Below, in pieces: positions 12,023 through 24,548 of a stretch of 64,000 bases of DNA. Position 1 is the first letter of the stretch, and each line of letters begins with the position of its first letter. The translations under genes were made by a program, and so were the position numbers. The stretch is from NCBI RefSeq assembly GCF_006345805.1, contig NC_043000.1, positions 2,294,001 through 2,358,000 of the forward strand, read 5' to 3'. Origin of the DNA: Octopus sinensis (taxonomy: Eukaryota). The notes under the pieces are model-generated. The model was given only the letters and a program-made list of their open reading frames with translations, made no database searches and was not told the DNA's origin.

Positions 12023-12073
12023 GAGGCTGATGATCCATCTATAAGGCCTAGGATGTGAAACCATTGGTCACTC
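12023..12073 (+). ncRNA. Type I hammerhead motif, partly decayed
   Basis: GAGG-CTGATGA-tcCATC..GATGt-GAA-ACCA(t)TGGT-C-ACTC, GUC cleavage triplet, between TA runs. Confidence 0.55.
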
Positions 12074-12564
12074 TATGACTGGACATATATTTAACTGCAT
12101 GTAAATATATATATATATCAGTTGTATACTGTAAGGCCACTTTGAGAGTGATAGGCTATTAGTTCTTGTCAGAAGCTCTATCTAGGAGAAGGCTAATTAG
12201 GGTTCTGTAGCCATAGTGGGGTAACCTATCAGCAGTGCTTTACTGCCTTGTGGGTGAATCCAGGAAGACAATAAAAAGTAGAAAATATTCATGATTTTTG
12301 CCTATTTTAAGCAAAAATTAAGGTAAAGAAATGATAACTTAGAGTGGCTAGTGGAATGCAGATGTACAAAGATGAATATAGGCACTCAAAAACTATGCAA
12401 GATAAATTCTTGATATTTTTGAAATGATCTTCCTTCACTTGCAATCAAGTGGTTTCAGGTTCAATCCCACCATGTAGCATTTTGGGCATCGTCTTCTGCA
12501 ACCCCTGGCCAACCATGCCTTGAAACTGGATTTGGTAGATAGAAAATATATATATATATTTATG

Positions 12565-12793
12565 TTTCTTTACAACCCACAAGGGGCTAAAGACAGAGGG
12601 GACAAACAAGGACAGACAAAGCGATTAAGTCGATTCCATCAGCCCCAGTGCGTAACTGGTACTTAATTTATCAACCCCGAAAGGATGAAAGGCAAAGTCA
12701 ACCTCGGCGGAATTTGAACCCAGAACGTAATGGCAGACGAAATACGGCTATGCATTTCGCCCGGCGTGCTACCGTTTCTGCCAGCTCGCCGCC
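12565..12793 (-). mobile_element. SINE family B (Meta-domain-like centre)
   Basis: Reverse complement of GGCGGCGAGCTGGCAGAA..GTTCAAATT..GCCTTTCATCCTTTCGGGGT..AAAGAAA. Confidence 0.9.
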
Positions 12794-13063
12794 TCCCAGA
12801 AGTTCATATATGTGTGTATGTGTGTGTTTATCTCCCCTATCCAGTGGGGTGACCTATCAGCAGTGTGTTACTGCCTTGTGGGTGAATCCAGGAAGACAAT
12901 GTTTAGGGGAGTACACTCTGAAAGGAAAAAAACTCTATGGCAGTCAGATCTAGATGGCTTCCTATAGACTGGATTTCCTGCAGCTGGGAGGGGGTATGTA
13001 TCTTTTTGGATTATCCTTACCATTAGATCTATCTCCTCCACAATGAAGGTAATAATACTTTAA

Positions 13064-13478
13064 GGCGGCTAGCTGGCAGAAAGTTAGCACGTCGGGCGAA
13101 ATGCTTAGCGGTATTTTGTCTGTCTAAACATTCTGAGTTCAAATTCCGCCGAGGTCGACTTTACCTTTCATCCTTTCGGGGTCGATTAAATAAGTACCAG
13201 TTACGTACTGAGGTAGATATAATCGACTTAATCCGTTTGTCTGTCCTTGTCTGTCCCCCTCTGTGTTTACCCCCTTGTGGGTAATAAAGAAATAGGTATT
13301 TTGTCTGTCTAAACATTCTGCGTTCAAATTCCGCCGAGGTCGACTTTGCCTTTCATCCTTTCGGGGTCGATTAAATAAGTACCAGTTACGTACTGAGGTA
13401 GATATAATCGACTTAATCCGTTTGTCTGTCTTTGTTTGTCCTCTCTGTGTTTAGCCCCTTGTGGGTAGCAAAGAAATA
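13064..13478 (+). mobile_element. SINE family B, dimeric copy
   Basis: Full monomer 13064-13294 plus headless monomer 13295-13478. TSD GGTAATAATACT. Confidence 0.9.
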
Positions 13479-14739
13479 GGTAATAATACTGGAATCCACT
13501 ACTCCAACACCATTACAAAGCTTCGTTGCACAGGCGTCTTCTCTTACAATGTGGAAAATGTATCTTGAATCTCAAGATTGGCCATTGTCGTTGATTAGTA
13601 GCTGCTGTGGCTTCTAAATGAGAAGTGTAGATAATATCAAGAATCAAGAAATTCTCTGAAACTAACCTGCCATTAAAGAACAGACAGTCTAATTATCTGA
13701 AATCAAGAGGACGGTTGTAGATTAGTGTTTTTATCTCTAATCAGTAGTTGTCCTAAGCTGAGTTCAGCAGACAAAATACTTAGTTGTATACAAAAAAAGA
13801 GTAGAAAATATTCATGATTTTTGCCTATTTTAAGCAAAAATTAAGTTAAAGAAATATATTTCTTTACTACCCACAAGGGGCTAAACATAGAGGGGACAAA
13901 CAAGGACAGACAAAGGGATTAAGTCGATTACATCGACCCCAGTGCGAAACTGGTACTTTATTTATCGACCCCATAACTTAGAGTGGCTCATAGAATGCAG
14001 ATGTGCAAAGATGAATATAGGCACTCAAAAACTATGCAAGATAAATTCTTGATATTTTTGAAATGATCTTCCTTCACTTGCAATCAAGTGGTTTCAGGTT
14101 CAACCCCACCATGTAGCATTTTGGGCATCGTCTTCTGCAACCCCGAGCCAACCATGTCTTGAAAGTGGATTTGGTAGATAGAAAATATATAGAAGTTCAT
14201 GTGTGTGTGTGTGTTTATCTCCCCTATCCAGTGTTGGTTTGTTTCCATCCCTGTAACTTAGCAGTTCAGAAAAAAAAGTGGCTGTTAGAATAAGTACTAT
14301 ACTTAAAAGTAGGAACTGAGTCAGTGTGACTAAACATTTGAAGGCAGAGTCACAGCATGGCTGCAGTCCAATGACTGAAACAAGCCACAGCTAAAAGATA
14401 AAGAGAAATGCTTTAGAAAAAGAGAGACAATCTCAAGAACTAAAACACTTACTTAAAGCCATATGCTTTTAGATTAAACCCTTAATCACCTGACTGCAAA
14501 AGAAACTTCTTGACCATTGCATTAAGTACAGCCATACCAGAACTTAATCCAATCCTTATTGCCTTCTGTAAATTTCTGCTCTTCTTTGTGTTACTAAATT
14601 AAATAGTTTCAAATTTTGGCACAAGGCCAGCAAGTTTCAGAAGGTGGGTAAGTGCACTACCTCAACCCCAGTGCACAGTTGGTACTTATTTTAATGACCC
14701 TGAAGGAATGAAAGGCAAAGTCTACCTCAGCAGAATTAA

Positions 14740-14975
14740 AGCACCAACAGATCATGGCCGTTGTCAGCTTCCACTGGTACTTGTGTGCTGGTGGCATGTA
14801 AAAAGCACCCACTACACTCACGGAGTGGTTGGCGTTAGGAAGGGCATCCAGCTGTAGGAACTGTGTCAGATTAGACAGGAGCCTGGTGCAGCCACCTGGC
14901 TTCCCAGAACCCGGTCGAACCGTCCAACCCATGCTAGCATGGAGAACGGACGTTAAACGATGATGCTGATGATGA
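14740..14975 (+). mobile_element. Family C repeat
   Basis: Conserved block plus (GAT)n tail. Confidence 0.8.
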
Positions 14976-15409
14976 TATAGACAGATGAAATGTTGCCAAG
15001 CATTTTACCCGGGGGCAGTTATAATTCTGTCAGCTCACTGACTTTTGTACTAAATAAAATAATGCAAGGGACTCCAAAAAACAACACACGTTTCCTTTAA
15101 TGCCCAACCCTTTTCCCCTCTCTCCCTCTTGCAATTTAACATTTTGCATCCAACAAACAACATCTTCAGTCACAAGGAATCACCTCAAAGTTCAGTCTAA
15201 TGGAAATCTTTAAGCCATTGCAAAGACAGTACAGTCAGTTTCTAGTTTAAACCTTACCATTGATCAGAGTCAGGATGCTAGTCTGTCTGTCTGTCTGTTT
15301 GTCTCTGCCACCATCTTGGCACCAGAAAAGTATATCACCTTTATGATGTTCTTCAAGTTGTCTCTTTGATTTTTCTTTGCAAATCTATTTGCACTATACA
15401 CACAGATAT

Positions 15410-15447
15410 ACTGGTGTGTGTGCGTGTGTGTGTATGTATATATATAT

Positions 15448-15479
<32 letters not shown>

Positions 15480-16027
15480 CATATATAGAGAGAGCAAGAA
15501 AGAGAGATAGATATAGATATCTATTATATACATACATGCATAGTATGTGTATATATCTATCAGTCTCTATGCATTTATATGCATATATTTGTGTGCATAT
15601 ATAAATACATACATACTTGCATATATGTGTGTGTATGTTTATCTATGTATGTGCATATCTCTACTTGTCTATGTGTGTATGCGTGTGCATGCACACACAC
15701 ACATACATATATGCATTGTGTGTGTGTGTGTGTATGTGTTTATTTTTATCTGTTTGTCTGCCTGTCTGAAAATATATGTTTATGTGCATATAATGTACAA
15801 ATGTATATACATGTGATTGTTTGCTATATATGTGTATGTATATGTATGCATATATATATATATGTGTGTGTGTATGTATATGTATGCATACATATATATG
15901 TGCATGTATATATGTGTGTGTGAATGTATATGTGTCTATGTACATACATACATACATACATATATTTGAGAGAGAGGGAGAGAGAAACAGACAAGCATAG
16001 AAAGAGAGAGAGAGAGAGAGTGTATGT

Positions 16028-16080
<53 letters not shown>

Positions 16081-16090
16081 TGTGTGTGTT
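15410..16090. repeat. Compound (TA)/(TG)/(GA) low-complexity tract
   Basis: Read directly from the sequence. Confidence 0.9.
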
Positions 16091-16822
16091 GTTTCTTTAA
16101 TCTGATTCTGTTTTATGTGAGATTTTATTTTGTCTGTTGAGTAATTCTAGAACAGTCTTTTATCTCAGCTTCTGTGGTTAGAACCAGTTCTTGTATCTAA
16201 TTACAGAGTCTCTTCTCATGGAATCGAATCAACCGTTGTTTGAACTGTTGCATTTATCAGCTATTGATTGAGTTTCGTGCCTTAAAATTGTTTACACCAC
16301 CAGCCTGAGGTCATTGGAGGTGTTTGTGGTAGTGTGTTTGTCTTGTTTGTGTGCTTCAGTATGTATTATGTATGTGTGAAGAAAATTAGGCTATTTTCTT
16401 TAGACTTCAAGGTTTTTTGCTCTTGCTGTCACAAAGAATATTATACATCTCTCAAAATGTGCTAATAAAAAAATATTTTTTGCTGATTTTTTTTGCATGT
16501 ATATATGTTTGTGCTTGCAAGTGCATTTATGTGTGTGTGTGTCTGTGTACATAAATATAAACATAGATAATCTCTCATATATAAGCAAGTAAGTTTCACC
16601 CTTTTGTTATTAATCCACCTGAAAATACCCTTGGTTCTGTGATGGAAATTTCTTATTTTTAGATGATCTAAATTTAAGCATTTTGTCAAAATTTCTTCTT
16701 AATTTATGTTCCAAACATCAGCTTAATAATGACAGTTATTACAAGGTTATTTTATTAAATTCTTAATTACTTGCAAAATTAATTGAAACATAGACTGCGT
16801 ATTGTCACAGAAATATGCTAAA

Positions 16823-17053
16823 GGCGGTGAGCTGGCAGAAACGTTAGCACGCCGGGCGAAATGCTTAGTGGTACTTCGTCTGTCGCTATGTTCTGAGTTC
16901 AAATTCCACCGAGGCTGACTTTGCCTTTCATCCTTTCGGGGTCGATTAAATAAGTACCAGTTATGCACTGGGGTCGATATAATCGACTTAATCCGTTTGT
17001 CTGTCCTTGTTTGTCCTGTCTGTGTTTAGCCCCTTGTGGGTAGTAAAGAAATA
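16823..17053 (+). mobile_element. SINE family B
   Basis: Full length. TSD AGAAATATGCTAA. Confidence 0.92.
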
Positions 17054-17534
17054 GAAATATGCTAACAGACGGGTTAAATATATGTAAATAGAAATGCCTG
17101 TGTGTGTGGTTCTGTGTGTATGTGTGTGTGTATATATCATTAACGTGTTTCAGTCATTGGACTGTGACCATGCTGGGGCACCAGCTTGTCAGGTTTTGTT
17201 GAAAAAATCAATCCCAGTACTTATTTACTTTTTTTGGTCTGGTACTTACACTATTGATCTATTTGGCAGAACTGCTAAGTCATGGGGATGTAAATAAACC
17301 AACACTGGTTGTCAAGTAATGTTGGGGGAGGAACAACACACACACAGACATGCGCATGTGCACACAGTGGGCTTCTTCCAGTTTCTGTCTACCAAATCTA
17401 CGTGCAAAACTTTGGTTGAGGCAAAGCTATAGTAGAAGACACTTGCCCAAAGTGCCATGCCATGGGATTGAACTCAGAACCATGTGGTTAGGAAACAAAC
17501 TCCATACCACAGTCACACTTGCACCTATATATAT

Positions 17535-17929
17535 ACTCTTTACTCTTTACTTGTTTCAGTCATTTGACTGCAGCCATGCTGGAGCACCGCCTTTAATCGA
17601 GCAACTCGACCCCGGGACTTATTCTTTTGTAAGCCCAGTACTTATTCTGTCGGTCTCTTTTGCTGAACCGCTAAGTAACAGGGACATAAACACACCAGCA
17701 TCGGTTGTCAAGCAATGCTAGGGGGACAAACACAGACACACACACGCAAATATATATACACATATATATGACGGGCTTCTTTCAGTTTCCGTCTACCAAA
17801 TCCACTCACAAGGCTTTGGTTGGCCCAAGGCTATAGTAGAAGACACTTGCCCAAGATGCCACGCAGTGGGACTGAACCCGGAACCATGTGGTTGGTAAGC
17901 AAGCTACTTACCACACAGCCACTCCTGCG

Positions 17930-17931
<2 letters not shown>
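17535..17931 (-). mobile_element. SINE family A
   Basis: Full reverse-complement copy. An older decayed A copy lies at about 17140-17525. Confidence 0.9.
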
Positions 17932-17978
<47 letters not shown>

Positions 17979-18599
17979 TCATCATCATAATCCTTTAAAG
18001 CATGTTTTTCATGCTGGCATGGGTTGGACAGTTTGACCAGAGCTGGCAAGCTGCACCAGGTTCCAGTCTGATTTGGCTTGGTTTCTACAACTGGATGCCC
18101 TTCCTAATGCCAACCACTTTACAATGTGTGCTGGCTGCTTTTAATGTGGCATATACAAATTAGGTTATTATTTTAAGACAAATTTAAGAGTAACAATAGG
18201 ACATTTACTGATGGGAAACCTCAAAACTGAGAGTAGAGTGAAATTTTTACAAAATTTGTATTTTCTGGGATTTTAAGCTAAATTAACCATAATGGTTGAA
18301 TAAGCTCTGGCAAGGTTCAAATCAAGAATTTTACAGTATGGTGATGCAGTTAAAAAGTTTTCTTTGAACAGTCTTTTTTAGAGTTCGGTCCCTCTGCATG
18401 GAACCTAAGAGGCATGTGTCTTCTGTAGCCCCAGACCAACCAAAGCTTGTGTCTTAATTAGAAGACTCATGGTAGGACAGGTGTAAGGAAGATGAGAGGT
18501 GGGGAAGGCTTGACTTAAGGCTTGACTTAAACAGACTGGGTGCAGAAGCAGGGCCCAGTCAGCTTATAGATATAAATACACTGTATTTAAGACTTCACT

Positions 18600-18945
18600 T
18601 TCCTGATGGATGGGTCTTCTTGAGAATAGTGAATTCCCAATCATCTTGGTCCTTTGTCATCAACTTAGTGAAGTTCGTCTTGAGAATCAATCTTCACTAT
18701 TTCATCCTTTGTCTTTCTGAGTCCCCCTATTACACAAGTTCCATTCACATTGTGCAATTGGCCTGTCTTTATGCAGCTGTTCTCGTTAATATGCTTCACA
18801 TGACCATACCAAAATAGTTTTCTCTCTTGAACACTACATTTGATCCCTTTTAACCTCAATTTTTTTCTCTCAACATATTTGCACTTTGTTGTACATGCAC
18901 ACTGACATTGCACATCCAGTGAAGCATATTAGCTTCATTCCTTTG
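18600..18945 (-). mobile_element. Decayed RTE LINE fragment
   Basis: Minus translation ..VQERKLFWYGHVKH.. parallels [14 protein letters not shown] at 43831-44532. Confidence 0.75.
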
Positions 18946-19184
18946 GATTCAGGGCCATCAAAAAAGATGCCTTGCAGTATTTATTCTAGCTCTTTGCATT
19001 CTGAGTTCAAATCCTGCCATGGCCTGCTTGGGTATTAGACTTTATCTGTTACTCAGTTTAACACCATCACTTGACCCTTCTGAAATGACTTAAGCAGAGG
19101 AGTTAAATTGTTGCAAGTATTCAGGCCAGGTCTTCAGTCCAGTTTGAGAAGACACTCATCCCTCTTCTCACCACAGAGACTCTG

Positions 19185-19411
19185 TTAACCCTTTAGTGTT
19201 CAGATTATCCTATCAAACATAATGCTTATTGATTCACATTGATTTGAATTAATCATGCATTATCTCATATCTTCAAAATCTTTATGGTGTAATTACTTAA
19301 TGTAGAATAACATTGTAGGGTAGGTGTGAGAGCCTGGATCTGGTCAGTTTGAACATAAAACAGATTAACTATTTTGGCCAGATATGGCCGGTTTAAATAC
19401 TAAAGGGTTAA
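19185..19411. mobile_element. piggyBac-like MITE
   Basis: TTAA-CCCTTTAGT..ACTAAAGGG-TTAA (TTAA TSD plus TIRs). Confidence 0.8.
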
Positions 19412-19759
19412 GGGTCATGGGCTCTGTTCTTCTCTCCTGACTTAACGAGAAGAGAAAAAAAAATATTGCTTTGGATTAGGCATTTTTAAAATTGCATATG
19501 CTTGCAGCTGGAGATATCCTGTGAAGATCATATCTTCATTGAAATTCCAATGTGGTTTCAATTTGCATAAGCAGGAAATCATTATCATCATCATCACCAT
19601 GACTGTTATAAAGACAGTGAACTTGTGGAATCAGACTGTAGCACACACAAAAAAAAAAAACTTAATGGTATTTATTCTGCTTCTTTACATTCTGAGCTCA
19701 AATTCTGCTGAGGTCAGCTTTTCATCCCTCTAGAATCAACAAGATAGTCCCAGATGAAC

Positions 19760-19945
19760 CAACTTCACGGCAGGAGGTGCAGATGAGGACAGCTGCATCG
19801 AACTCTCTCATGCACCAAATGGCAATTGCTGAGAAGCATTCGTGAAGTAAAATCATGTAGCAACACCAAATGGCGGTGCCCCAGCATGGCCACAGCTCGT
19901 GAGCTGAAACTAGATAAAATAAAAATAAAAAAATAAATAAAAATA
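19760..19945 (+). mobile_element. Retroposon 3' end sharing its tail with SINE A
   Basis: GGCGGTGCCCCAGCATGGCCACAGCTCGTGAGCTGAAAC plus A-rich tail. Upstream sequence is unrelated to SINE A. Confidence 0.6.
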
Positions 19946-20018
19946 TCAAGTACTGGGATCAATAGTATTAACTAATCCCTTCCATCGACATTGTTGGCCT
20001 TGTACCTAAATCAGAAAC

Positions 20019-20055
<37 letters not shown>

Positions 20056-20174
20056 CTTCTTCTTCTTCTTCTTCTTCTTCTTCTTCTTCTTCTTCTTCTT
20101 CTTCTTCTTCTTCTTCTCATCCCCCCTCCTCCTTCTCCTCCTCCTCCTCCTCTCCTCATCATTATTATTATTTA

Positions 20175-21000
20175 AGGTAGCATGTTGGCAGAATTATTAG
20201 CAAGCTGGTCAAAATACTTAGTGGCATTTCATTTATCTTTACATTCTGAGTCCAAGTTCTATGAAGGTTGACTTTGCCTTTCGTCCTTTCAGGGGTGACC
20301 CCAGTTGAGCACTGGGGTCAATGTAATCAACTAGTCCCCTTCCCCTAAATTTCACACCTTGTGCCTATAGTAGAAAGGATTATCATTATTATTATTATTA
20401 AGGCAGCAAACTGGCAGAATTGTTAGCATGCTGGGTAAAATGCTTAGCAGCACTTCATCTGTCTTTACATTCCGAGTTCAAATTCTGTTAAGGTCAGCTT
20501 TGCCTTCATCCTTTTGAGGTTGATAAAATAGGTATCAGTTAAGCACTGGGGTCAATTTAATCCACATATCCCCTACCTCAAAACTGCTGGCCTTGTGTCA
20601 AAATTTCAAACCATTATTATTATTATTATTATATTTATTATTATTATATATTACGCCCATCGCTACGTTATTTCAGCTGTTGCTATGTTATTTTGCATGT
20701 CACTATGTTTTGAGTTCAAATTCTGCCAAGGTTGACTTTGCTTTTGTTGTGGCAGACACCTGCAAGTGAGAAGTGGGCTATTCCACTGCTGATAAATAGT
20801 GGACAGACACAGCAAACAGTGTCAGTCAGCGAGGTATGCCGTACAGGCCAGTCACGCAGATGACAAAGTTACGTAGTGGGACGTATCAGTTTTCTTCTTT
20901 TCAGGGTCGATAAATTAAGTACCAGTTGCATAGTGGGGTTGATCTAATCGACTGGCCCCTTCCCACCAAATTTCAGGCCTTGTGCTTATAGTAGAAAGGA
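20175..21000 (+). mobile_element. Three decayed SINE B-like copies separated by (ATT)n
   Basis: Repeated GGCAGAATT..GAGTTCAAATTC..TTTGCCTT..GGCCTTGTG blocks. Confidence 0.75.
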
Positions 21001-21090
21001 TTATTATTATTATTATATTGAAGATATAGGTGAATAACAGATTCAGTCAAAGGCTGGACAAATGATCTGTGATTTTCATTTGTGCCACTG

Positions 21091-23098
21091 TTTGTTCCTG
21101 AGTTCAAATCTTGCTGGGACTGAGGTCAACTTCACCTTACCTTCTTCCAGGGTCAATAAAATAAGTACCAGTCATGTATAGGGGGTGAGCCTCATTTAAT
21201 AAACTGTGTTCACCCTCTTTGTTCCTGAGTTCAAATCTTGCTGGGACTGAGGTCAACTTCACCTTACCTTCTTTCAGTGTCAATAAAATAAGTACCAGTC
21301 ATGTATAGGGGGTGAGCCTCATTTAATAAACTGTGTTCACCCTCTTTGTTCCTGAGTTCAAATCTTGCTGGGACTGAGGTCAACTTCACCTTACCTTCTT
21401 CCAGGGTCAATAAAATAAGTACCAGTCATGTATAGGGGGTGAGCCTCATTTGATAAACTGTGTTCACCCTCTTTGTTCCTGAGTTCAAATCTTGCTGGGA
21501 CTGAGGTCAACTTCACCTTACCTTCTTCCAGGGTCAATAAAATAAGTACCAGTCATGTATAGGGGGTGAGCCTCATTTAATAAACTGTGTTCACCCTCTT
21601 TGTTCCTGAGTTCAAATCTTGCTGGGACTGAGGTCAACTTCACCTTACCTTCTTTCAGTGTCAATAAAATAAGTACCAGTCATGTATAGGGGGTGAGCCT
21701 CATTTAATAAACTGTGTTCACCCTCTTTGTTCCTGAGTTCAAATCTTGCTGGGACTGAGGTCAACTTCACCTTACCTTCTTCCAGGGTCAATAAAATAAG
21801 TACCAGTCATGTATAGGGGGTGAGCCTCATTTGATAAACTGTGTTCACCCTCTTTGTTCCTGAGTTCAAATCTTGCTGGGACTGAGGTCAACTTCACCTT
21901 ACCTTCTTCCAGGGTCAATAAAATAAGTACCAGTCATGTATAGGGGGTGAGCCTCATTTAATAAACTGTGTTCACCCTATTTGTTCCTGAGTTCAAATCT
22001 TGCTGGGATTGAGGTCAACTTCACCTTACCTTCTTTCAGGGTCAATAAAATAAGTAGCAGTCATGTATAGGGGGTGAGCCTCATTTAATAAACTGTGTTC
22101 ACCCTCTTTGTTCCTGAGTTCAAATCTTGCTGGGACTGAGGTCAACTTCACCTTACCTTCTTTCAGGGTCAATAAAATAAGTAGCAGTCATGTATAGGGG
22201 GTGAGCCTCATTTAATAAACTGTGTTCACCCTCTTTGTTCCTGAGTTCAAATCTTGCTGGGACTGAGGTCAACTTCACCTTACCTTCTTTCAGGGTCAAT
22301 AAAATAAGTAGCAGTCATGTATAGGGGGTGAGCCTCATTTAATAAACTGTGTTCACCCTCTTTGTTCCTGAGTTCAAATCTTGCTGGGACTGAGGTCAAC
22401 TTCACCTTACCTTCTTCCAGGGTCAATAAAATAAGTAGCAGTCATGTATAGGGGGTGAGCCTCATTTAATAAACTGTGTTCACCCTCTTTGTTCCTGAGT
22501 TCAAATCTTGCTGTGACTGAGGTCAACTTCACCTTACCTTCTTTCAGGGTCAATAAAATAAGTACCAGTCATGTATAGGGGGTGAGCCTCATTTAATAAA
22601 CTGTGTTCACCCTCTTTGTTCCTGAGTTCAAATCTTGCTGTGACTGAGGTCAACTTCACCTTACCTTCTTTCAGGGTCAATAAAATAAGTACCAGTCATG
22701 TATAGGGGGTGAGCCTCATTTAATAAACTGTGTTCACCCTCTTTGTTCCTGAGTTCAAATCTTGCTGGAACTGAGGTCAACTTCACCTTACCTTCTTCCA
22801 GGGTCAATAAAATAAGTAGCAGTCATGTATAGGGGGTGAGCCTCATTTAATAAACTGTGTTCACCCTCTTTGTTCCTGAGTTCAAATCTTGCTGGGATTG
22901 AGGTCAACTTCACCTTATCTTCTTTCAGTGTCAATAAAATAAGTACCAGTCATGTATAGGGGGTGAGCCTCATTTAATAAACTGTGTTCACCCTCTTTGT
23001 TCCTGAGTTCAAATCTTGCTGGGATTGAGGTCAACTTCACCTTACCTTCTTTCAGTGTCAATAAAATAAGTACCAGTCATGTATAAGGGGTGAGCCTC
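21091..23098 (+). repeat. Minisatellite, 127-bp unit x about 16, derived from a SINE B interior
   Basis: TTTGTTCCTGAGTTCAAATC starts at 21091, 21218, 21345 ... 22996 (period 127). Confidence 0.95.
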
Positions 23099-23239
23099 AA
23101 CATTTATGACATAGTGTCAATGTTGGAAACTATTATTGTATCGAAGCCATTGTATAAATCTGAGGTTGAGTAGATTTGTGGTTCTCGATATTTTTTTTAT
23201 AGAATATGGTAATTTTAAAACAAGCGGTCTCTTCTGATC

Positions 23240-23600
23240 TTTATATATGAAAGGCTTACCTGACAGTTCTTTGATTTCTTGCTTTTAATCTCACTTCATT
23301 ATTCCCATATTATTCCCAACATTCCCATAATTACAACAGAATGTTCTGTTTCTACTTCCATATTTCATATCAACTTCCATTTGTCTTTCTCTAGTTCTTT
23401 ATACAGAGAGGTTTTGGAATCCCCTTCACTGAGATATTATTTGCCTATTAGAAGAAGCCACATCAATAAATGTACAAAGTCTGGATATCTTGTCTTTTAT
23501 AATGATGTCAGGATAGTTCATTCCTATCTCTTTATCTCTGTGTATTTGCATATCTCATAGAATCACACCATTTCCATTCTTTACAACTCTTTTTGGGGCT
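23240..23600 (-). mobile_element. Decayed R4/Dong-type non-LTR retrotransposon, restriction-like endonuclease region
   Basis: Minus translation PKRVVKNGNGVIL*DMQIHRDKEIGMNYPDIIIKDKISRLCTFIDVA matches the ILWD..RPDI..D..C.LID pattern. Confidence 0.75.
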
Positions 23601-23878
23601 TGCTTCATCATCATCATCATCATCATAATTAAGATGGTGAGCTGGTAGATTTGTCAGCATGTTGGGCAAAATGCTTAGCAGCATTTCATCTGTCTTTATG
23701 TTCTGAATTCAAATACTGTGATGGTCCACTTTGTCTTTCATCCTTTTGGGGTTAATAAAATAAGTATCAGTTGAACACTAGGGTTAATTTAATCAACTTA
23801 CACTCTCCCCCAAAATTGCTAGGCTTGTGCTAAAATTTAATCACTGATTATTATTATTAAAAGAAGAGTGCCATTATA

Positions 23879-24036
23879 GGCGCAGGAGTGGCTGTGTGGT
23901 AAGTAGCTTGCTAACCAACCACATGATTCAGTCCCACTGCGTGGCATCTTGGGCAAGTGTCTTCTGCTATAGCCCTGGGCCGACCAATGCCTTGTGAGTG
24001 GATTTGGTAGACGGAAACTGAAAGAAGCCTGTCGTA

Positions 24037-24077
<41 letters not shown>

Positions 24078-24302
24078 ATGTGTGTGTGTTTGTGTGTCTG
24101 TGTTTGTTCCCCTAGCATTGCTTGACAACCGATGCTGGTGTGTTTACGTCCCCATCACTTAGCAGTTCGGCAAAAAGAGACCGATAGAATAAGTACTGGG
24201 CTTACAAAAAGAATAAGTCCCGGGGTCGAGTTGCTCGACTAAAGGCGGTGCTCCAGCATGGCCGCAGTCAAATGACTGAAACAAGTAAAAGAGTAAAAGA
24301 GT
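23879..24302 (+). mobile_element. SINE family A inserted into a fold-back arm
   Basis: Full head to tail. Its flanks rejoin to match the opposite arm at 25024-25129. Confidence 0.9.
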
Positions 24303-24548
24303 ATTGTCATCTAATGAACGATATTTCAACATCTTGTGTGTCTTCAACAGGTTCAAAAAAATAATTTTGTCAATCTACTTCATTTTGGTTAATCACTAGA
24401 TGGCAATGGTATGCTTCTTTTAATTTTGACTCTATATCTTCTGGAGGAGTTACCTCAATCTGTTATAGATTATTATTATTATTATTATTATTTATAAGAA
24501 ATACTAAATTTCTAAATCTCTCATAGAGACATGTACGGTGGTGGGGCG

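Noticed and set aside
21091-23098. CRISPR-like array
   Set aside because: Units repeat over their whole length with no unique spacers, no cas genes are present, and the context is eukaryotic.
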